Shown here piece by piece: positions 58,493 through 64,000 of a DNA stretch of 64,000 bases. The DNA comes from Gemmatimonadaceae bacterium (GTDB lineage Bacteria > Gemmatimonadota > Gemmatimonadetes > Gemmatimonadales > Gemmatimonadaceae). The first letter of the stretch is position 1, and every line of letters starts with the position of its first letter. The position numbers and the translations under genes were made by a program. The notes under the pieces are model-generated. The model was given only the letters and a program-made list of their open reading frames with translations, made no database searches and was not told the origin of the DNA. Location of the stretch: NCBI GenBank assembly GCA_045803545.1, contig JBJMOW010000002.1, positions 416,001-480,000 on the forward strand, written 5' to 3'.

Positions 58493-60375
58493 TCATCGGT
58501 ACTGCGGGTCATATCGATCACGGCAAAACTGCACTCGTCAAAGCCCTGACGGGCGTAGATACAGACCGGCTCCCGGAAGAAAAGCGGCGCGGGATTACGA
58601 TCGATCTCGGGTTCGCGTCCCTGGCGCTCGACGGTGTTGGAACCGTCGGTGTCATCGATGTGCCGGGTCACGAGGATTTCGTGCGCAGCATGGTGGTCGG
58701 TGCCAGCGGGATCGACCTCGGTCTGCTCGTCATCGCTGCTGACGAGGGCGTGATGCCGCAGACTGTCGAACACCTCTCCATCCTCCAGCTCCTGGACATT
58801 CCTCTGATTGCAGTTGCAATCACGAAGTCTGATCTCGTCGATTCCGACTGGGTCGCAATGGTGCAGCAGGATGTGCTCAGACTTTTCACGCAGAAGCAGC
58901 TGCGCGAACCAGCCATCATGGTGTGCTCGGCGCGCACGGGTGCTGGCATCGATGCCCTTCGTGCCACTCTGTCGCGCCTTCTCGCGAACGTCGTCAGTCG
59001 TCGTGCCGGCGATGTGTTTCGGCTTCCGGTCGACCGGTGTTTCACGATAAAGGGCACGGGAACAGTGGTTACGGGAACGGTCTGGAGCGGAGAGCTGGAC
59101 GTAGACGCGAATGTCTTCATCTTGCCGACGCAGCGCGCTGCTCGGGTGCGTCGATTGGAGCAGCACGGCAAAATGTCGTCGCAGATCGAAGCCGGCTCGC
59201 GAGCCGCTATCGCGCTAGCGGGCGTCGAGGTGAACGAAGCACCGCGCGGGTCCGTCGTCGTGCGCGATGAGAGCTGGAAAGCAACATCGTTGTTCGAAGC
59301 AGTAGTGCGTATTGACCGCGGCTCGGTGCAGGCGTTGACACCGAGAACGCGCTTGCGGCTGCATGCTGGCGCGACAGAAGTCGGCGCGCAGCTGACGCGC
59401 GGTGGTGTCCAGCGAACCACGGGAGATGCGCTTGCGCGGCTCGTCACCGATGCTCCGATCGTCCTGCGTGGTGGTGACCGTTTCGTGCTGCGGCTTCCGG
59501 CGCCATTGCGCACCATCGGAGGCGGAGTTGTCATCGACCCATACGCGCGTCGGCGACGACTTCCTGCATGGGGCGACCGGCTCGCGCTTCTATCCCGCGA
59601 TGCGACCACGCGTCTCCGGTACATTCTCGAAACGCAGGCAACACACGGCTTGCACAAGCGAGACGTTCCGATACGCGTCGGCTGTACACCGGCGGAGGTT
59701 GGGGCGATAGCAGGCGCCAGCGGAGCCTACGTCGCCACGCACAACCTTTTCCTGCCCGCAGCTGTCGAACAAGTAATGGCAAGCGTTAGAAGAATCGTCG
59801 CGGAATTCGAGATCAAATCTCCATTGGCGGTCGGCATTCCCACGCGGACCGTGCGCGAGAGCCTGCGCGTCAACGAGGAGCTCGCTGACGTGGCGATCTC
59901 AGGCCTGCAGCAGTTGGGCGAGGTCGAAGCTGCGGGCCCGCTCCTGCGTCGTGTCGGCTGGACGCCATCGCCGACCGCGCGTGATCTCGAAGCGACAAAC
60001 CGCGTGGCGCATGATATTTGCGCTGCGGAGCAGGAGCCGCCAAGCGTGAGCGAGTTGGTCACGCGTTATGGCAGCTCGGTGCCTGCTTTGCTTCGCATGT
60101 TGGAGCGGCAGGGGCGAGTCGTTCAGGTGGAGCGAGATCGCTACTACGACCGGATTGCTCTTGATGCGATGATCGCGCAGCTCAAGGAGACGTTGAAACC
60201 TGGCGAGGTTTACGCCCCCGCCCAGCTTCGGGACGTCTTGGGATCGTCACGAAAGTTTCTGATCCCGTTCCTCGAGTTTTGCGATCGGCGCGGGGTTACT
60301 GAACGGCGTGGCGATGGGAGGGTATTAAAGGAAACCCCCGAGGTTTTGCTTGACACCTCAACCACGCGTTCATAA
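58489..60375 (+). CDS. selB: Selenocysteine-specific elongation factor SelB
   Basis: [35 protein letters not shown]-terminal winged helix [22 protein letters not shown] overlap with recO. Confidence 0.94.
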   Translation: MIIGTAGHIDHGKTALVKALTGVDTDRLPEEKRRGITIDLGFASLALDGVGTVGVIDVPGHEDFVRSMVVGASGIDLGLLVIAADEGVMPQTVEHLSILQLLDIPLIAVAITKSDLVDSDWVAMVQQDVLRLFTQKQLREPAIMVCSARTGAGIDALRATLSRLLANVVSRRAGDVFRLPVDRCFTIKGTGTVVTGTVWSGELDVDANVFILPTQRAARVRRLEQHGKMSSQIEAGSRAAIALAGVEVNEAPRGSVVVRDESWKATSLFEAVVRIDRGSVQALTPRTRLRLHAGATEVGAQLTRGGVQRTTGDALARLVTDAPIVLRGGDRFVLRLPAPLRTIGGGVVIDPYARRRRLPAWGDRLALLSRDATTRLRYILETQATHGLHKRDVPIRVGCTPAEVGAIAGASGAYVATHNLFLPAAVEQVMASVRRIVAEFEIKSPLAVGIPTRTVRESLRVNEELADVAISGLQQLGEVEAAGPLLRRVGWTPSPTARDLEATNRVAHDICAAEQEPPSVSELVTRYGSSVPALLRMLERQGRVVQVERDRYYDRIALDAMIAQLKETLKPGEVYAPAQLRDVLGSSRKFLIPFLEFCDRRGVTERRGDGRVLKETPEVLLDTSTTRS

Positions 60376-60378
60376 GTT
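60350..60378 (+). promoter_or_regulatory. Putative sigma70 promoter
   Basis: TTGACA-N17-TAAGTT spanning the selB 3' end, upstream of the ORF at 60452. Confidence 0.5.
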
Positions 60379-60451
60379 CGCGCCAGAGAACACATGTCCA
60401 CCTTGGTAGGAGTTAGCGTCTAAAGACCCTTTTTCGTCAGTTGGAGACAAC

Positions 60452-60916
60452 ATGAAGCAGCTGTGTCGGGCGCTGTTCCTGGTGCTCGTAATCGGCGCGT
60501 TCATGCCAAGTCGTTCGGCGGCTCAGGGTATTCAGACCCAAAACCCCGGAGGACAAGGCGCCGGGTTGCAGTTGAAGCAGAATTACCCAAACCCGGTCAC
60601 CCAAGACACCCATATCGAGTTTGTAGTAGGCGATGCGCAGGGATGCTCGGATCCGGGTCGTCAACACCGCGTCACACTGAAAGTGTACAACCTGCTGGCT
60701 CAGCAGATCGCTGTGCCGGTTTTGCAAGGCGGTGTGGGGAATGCGGCTGGTGGTGAGGCGTTGGAGAACCAGCTTTTGACTTGCGGTTCTTACCTCGCAT
60801 ACTGGGACGGGAAGTACTCACAGACTGGAGATGACGTTGCTTCCGGGATCTACCTTTTTCGGCTCGAAGTCGACGGAAAGGTCCTCGTGAAGAAGATGAT
60901 CGTAAGGAAGCAGTAG
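60452..60916 (+). CDS. Small exported protein consisting of a T9SS type-A CTD/FlgD Ig-like domain
   Basis: Signal peptide then LKQNYPNP...TLKVYNLL...WDG...VASGIYLFRLEV...KKMIV; GGAG SD. Confidence 0.75.
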   Translation: MKQLCRALFLVLVIGAFMPSRSAAQGIQTQNPGGQGAGLQLKQNYPNPVTQDTHIEFVVGDAQGCSDPGRQHRVTLKVYNLLAQQIAVPVLQGGVGNAAGGEALENQLLTCGSYLAYWDGKYSQTGDDVASGIYLFRLEVDGKVLVKKMIVRKQ

Positions 60917-60932
60917 TCCGCCATTTTCTCAT

Positions 60933-60970
60933 GCGCGCTCTGGCAGAAATGCCAGAGCGCGCTTCTTTTT
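60933..60970 (+). terminator. Intrinsic terminator
   Basis: GCGCGCTCTGGCA-GAAA-TGCCAGAGCGCGC followed by TTCTTTTT. Confidence 0.85.
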
Positions 60971-61005
60971 GGGACATGATCTACGCCAACTTGGCGGGTT
61001 TTATG

Positions 61006-61021
61006 CGGCATCCGCGTTGCA
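61006..61021 (+). promoter_or_regulatory. Putative sigma54 (-24/-12) promoter of clpB
   Basis: CGGCATCCGCGTTGCA fits GG-N10-GC (YGGCAY-N5-TTGCA), ending about 40 nt before the ATG. Confidence 0.55.
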
Positions 61022-61060
61022 CTTTTCCCAAGCTCTGCGCCGAACTGCCTCTGACAAACG

Positions 61061-63673
61061 ATGATCAGTCCTGACCGACTTACCGTAAAAGCAACCGAAG
61101 CGCTGAATGAAGCCGTAGATCTCGCGCGGCGCACGGGCAACCCGCTCGTCTACGATCTGCATCTCCTGACGGCGCTGCTGGATCAGGATGAGGGAATCGT
61201 CGTTCCCGTCCTTCAGAAGCTCGGTGTCAGTGTCGCGCAGCTCCGCGAAGCAGTGGGTCGAGAGATGGCGCGTTATCCCAAGCAGTCCAAAGCGCAGCCA
61301 ACGCTTTCGCGCGAGATCAACCAGGTATTTGACAAGGCTGAAGCCGATGCGCGTAAGCTGGGCGACGACTTCGTCTCGACCGAGCATTTCCTGCTCGCCC
61401 TCTCGGACGTAAAAGGCACTGAAAGCCGAACGCTCCTCAGCGAAGTCGGCGCCGGGCACGACGAGCTGCTCGAGGCCCTGGAGCAGGTTCGTGGTTCACA
61501 TCGCGTCACTGACCAAACTCCGGAGAACCAATACCAGGCGCTGCAGCGCTACACGCGCGATCTCACTGAAGTCGCTCGCAAGGGAAAGCTCGATCCCGTC
61601 ATCGGACGCGATGAGGAGATTCGTCGCGTCGTACAGGTTCTCTCACGCCGTACCAAGAACAATCCGGTTCTGATCGGCGAGCCGGGTGTGGGCAAAACCG
61701 CCATCGCTGAGGGCCTCGCTCAGCGCATCGCCAACGGCGACGTCCCGGAAGGTCTCCGCAACAAGCGCCTTGTCTCGCTCGACCTTGGCGCACTGATCGC
61801 AGGGGCGAAATTCCGCGGCGAGTTCGAGGAGCGGTTGAAGGCTGTTCTCAAAGAAATCACCGAGGGCGAAGGCAGGTTCATCGTCTTCATCGACGAGTTG
61901 CACACCATTGTCGGCGCCGGCAAGGCGGAAGGCTCGATGGATGCCGGCAACATGCTGAAGCCGATGCTCGCGCGCGGCGAGCTACGAGTTGTCGGCGCCA
62001 CCACCCTCGACGAGTATCGGAAGAACATCGAGAAAGACGCTGCACTAGAGCGGCGATTCCAGCCTGTTTACGTCGGCGAACCGACCGTCGAGAATACGAT
62101 CGCGATCCTGCGCGGTCTCAAGGAGCGCTACGAGTCTCATCACGGCGTGCGCATCACCGACGGCGCGATCGTAGCCGCTGCCACGCTCTCCAACAGGTAC
62201 ATCGGCGATCGCTTTCTGCCCGACAAGGCAATCGATTTGATCGACGAGGCGGCGTCTCGCCTGCGCATCGAGATAGATTCGATGCCGCAGGAGATCGACG
62301 AAGTCGAGCGCCGCATCACTCAGCTCGAGATCGAGCGTCAGGCGCTGCAAAAAGAAAAAGACAAAGCTTCACGGGAGCGACTGAGCGCCCTCGAACGCGA
62401 TCTCGCCGAACTGCGCGAGAAATCCGCAGGGATGAAGGCGCAGTGGCAGCAGGAGAAAGAGACACTGGGCGCAGTCGGCAAGATCACCCAACAAATCGAG
62501 CAGGCGCGCATGGAAGCCGAGCGCGTTACTCGCGCAGGTGATCTCCAAAAGGCCGCAGAGATCACCTATGGTCAGATTCCCCAGCTCGAGCGCCAGATGC
62601 GGGAAGCGGAGCAGAAGCTGGCCAGCAGGCAGGGCGGGGGAGCTCGCTTCCTCAAAGAGGAAGTTACCGCTGAGGACGTGGCCGAGATCGTCTCGAAATG
62701 GACTGGCATTCCCGTCGCGAAGATGATGGAAGGGGAGCGCGAGCGCCTAACCAAGCTGGAGAATGAGCTGGCACAGCGAGTGATCGGTCAGGAAGAAGCC
62801 GTCGCGGCTGTAGCAAACGCGGTCCGCCGGTCGAGGGCTGGTCTGCAGGATCCCAACCGCCCTATCGGCTCGTTCATCTTCCTCGGTCCCACGGGTGTCG
62901 GGAAAACCGAGACTGCTCGCGCGCTGGCCGAATTCCTGTTCGACAACGAGCACGCGATGGTGCGCATCGACATGTCCGAGTACATGGAGAAGCATGCCGT
63001 TGCGCGATTGATCGGCGCGCCGCCCGGTTACGTCGGATTCGAGGAGGGTGGCCAACTTACCGAAGCGATTCGTCGCCGCCCGTATTCGGTAGTGCTGTTC
63101 GATGAAATAGAGAAAGCGCATCCAGACGTGTTCAACATCCTGCTGCAAATCCTGGATGACGGGCGCCTCACCGACTCACAGGGTCGAACCGTCGATTTCA
63201 GGAATACCGTCATAATCATGACGTCGAACATCGGCAGCACCTACATCCTCGAGCACACCGGTGACGATCGTGCCGTGGTCGAAGCACAGGTGTTGAGCGC
63301 GTTGCGTCAACACTTCCGTCCCGAGTTTCTCAACCGCGTTGATGACATCATCATCTTCCGTCCGCTCGGCAAGGAGCAGATCGAGCACATCATCGACCTG
63401 CAGCTCAAGCGGCTCGAGCAGCTGCTCGCAGAGCGAAAGCTCACGTTCGAGCTGACACCGGGAGCGAGGGAGGTGCTCGCAACCGAGGGTTACGATCCTG
63501 CGTTCGGTGCTCGGCCGCTCAAGCGCGCGATCCAGCGCTTGTTGCAGAACCCCCTGGCGCTGGCGGTGCTCGAGGGTCGTTTTTCGGAAGGTGATCACAT
63601 CATCGTCGATCGTGATTCCCGGGGAGAGCTGACGTTCCGCAAGACAAACGAGCCTGCGCTTGCAGGCAGATAG
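61061..63673 (+). CDS. clpB: ATP-dependent chaperone ClpB
   Basis: Two AAA modules ([16 protein letters not shown]), long coiled-coil M domain, [15 protein letters not shown]. Confidence 0.98.
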   Translation: MISPDRLTVKATEALNEAVDLARRTGNPLVYDLHLLTALLDQDEGIVVPVLQKLGVSVAQLREAVGREMARYPKQSKAQPTLSREINQVFDKAEADARKLGDDFVSTEHFLLALSDVKGTESRTLLSEVGAGHDELLEALEQVRGSHRVTDQTPENQYQALQRYTRDLTEVARKGKLDPVIGRDEEIRRVVQVLSRRTKNNPVLIGEPGVGKTAIAEGLAQRIANGDVPEGLRNKRLVSLDLGALIAGAKFRGEFEERLKAVLKEITEGEGRFIVFIDELHTIVGAGKAEGSMDAGNMLKPMLARGELRVVGATTLDEYRKNIEKDAALERRFQPVYVGEPTVENTIAILRGLKERYESHHGVRITDGAIVAAATLSNRYIGDRFLPDKAIDLIDEAASRLRIEIDSMPQEIDEVERRITQLEIERQALQKEKDKASRERLSALERDLAELREKSAGMKAQWQQEKETLGAVGKITQQIEQARMEAERVTRAGDLQKAAEITYGQIPQLERQMREAEQKLASRQGGGARFLKEEVTAEDVAEIVSKWTGIPVAKMMEGERERLTKLENELAQRVIGQEEAVAAVANAVRRSRAGLQDPNRPIGSFIFLGPTGVGKTETARALAEFLFDNEHAMVRIDMSEYMEKHAVARLIGAPPGYVGFEEGGQLTEAIRRRPYSVVLFDEIEKAHPDVFNILLQILDDGRLTDSQGRTVDFRNTVIIMTSNIGSTYILEHTGDDRAVVEAQVLSALRQHFRPEFLNRVDDIIIFRPLGKEQIEHIIDLQLKRLEQLLAERKLTFELTPGAREVLATEGYDPAFGARPLKRAIQRLLQNPLALAVLEGRFSEGDHIIVDRDSRGELTFRKTNEPALAGR

Positions 63674-64000
63674 CGCTCGCGAACAGTCATTCGGTGCCTC
63701 GTCGCTTACGAACGACGAGCAATACATTCGTAACGCGCTCGATGTTGCCCGCGAGGCTGCGCGCAGAAATGAAGTCCCCGTTGGGGCGGTGATCGTTCGC
63801 GAGGGATCGATCATCGCCGCCGCCTCGAACCGCACGCTTCGCGATCAGGATCCGACCGCACACGCGGAAGTGCTGGCGATTCGCGAAGCGTCAGCGAAGC
63901 TGGAACGCTGGCGCCTCGAGGACTGCACGCTGTTCGTGACCGTAGAGCCTTGCGCGATGTGCGCCGGAGCAATCGTGCTCTCCCGACTCAAGCGCGTCGT
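63660..64000 (+). CDS. tadA: tRNA adenosine(34) deaminase, 3' truncated by window edge
   Basis: Hand translation: ...EVPVGAVIV...NRT...DPTAHAE...[15 protein letters not shown]. First in-frame start is TTG 63660 (uncertain). Confidence 0.88.
   Translation, partial: MQADSAREQSFGASSLTNDEQYIRNALDVAREAARRNEVPVGAVIVREGSIIAAASNRTLRDQDPTAHAEVLAIREASAKLERWRLEDCTLFVTVEPCAMCAGAIVLSRLKRV

Noticed and set aside
1..64000. Selenoprotein (in-frame UGA), prophage, transposase, integrase or defence genes
   Set aside because: No gene appears interrupted by a UGA at a catalytic Cys position, and no mobile-element or defence protein motifs were recognised.

Overview
High-GC bacterial chromosomal window, almost entirely housekeeping and mostly on the + strand. 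Gene style and order suggest Gemmatimonadota (inference only). In order: end of the dcw cluster (murC', ftsQ, ftsA, ftsZ, M23 peptidase), ftsY, recG, a sensor kinase plus lipoprotein, then an accessory-looking locus (secreted M20 peptidase converging on an IclR-cyanophycinase-SusC-SusD operon), asnS, an encapsulated-ferritin-like protein, mazG, alr-deoB-cdd, miaB, comEC, fbp, a methylmalonyl-CoA mutase large subunit, argS, purM, the rib operon with nusB, hprK with a mannose-family PTS, HPr and EI, metK, a cobalamin-riboswitch-controlled btuFCDB operon, recO-selB, a stand-alone T9SS-CTD-like protein, clpB and partial tadA. The best candidate for a new system is the PUL-like SusC/SusD locus built around a lipoprotein cyanophycinase, a putative cyanophycin utilization locus. 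Other notable signals: intergenic palindromic elements built from heptamer repeats (one dispersed), two probable CTG start codons (deoB, comEC), a ComEC lacking its OB-fold, an orphan EncFtn, two DnaA boxes upstream of ftsZ, and a recurring leaderless -10/ATG pattern. No tRNA, rRNA, CRISPR array, transposase or integrase was recognised. All calls come from reading motifs by eye; no searches were run.
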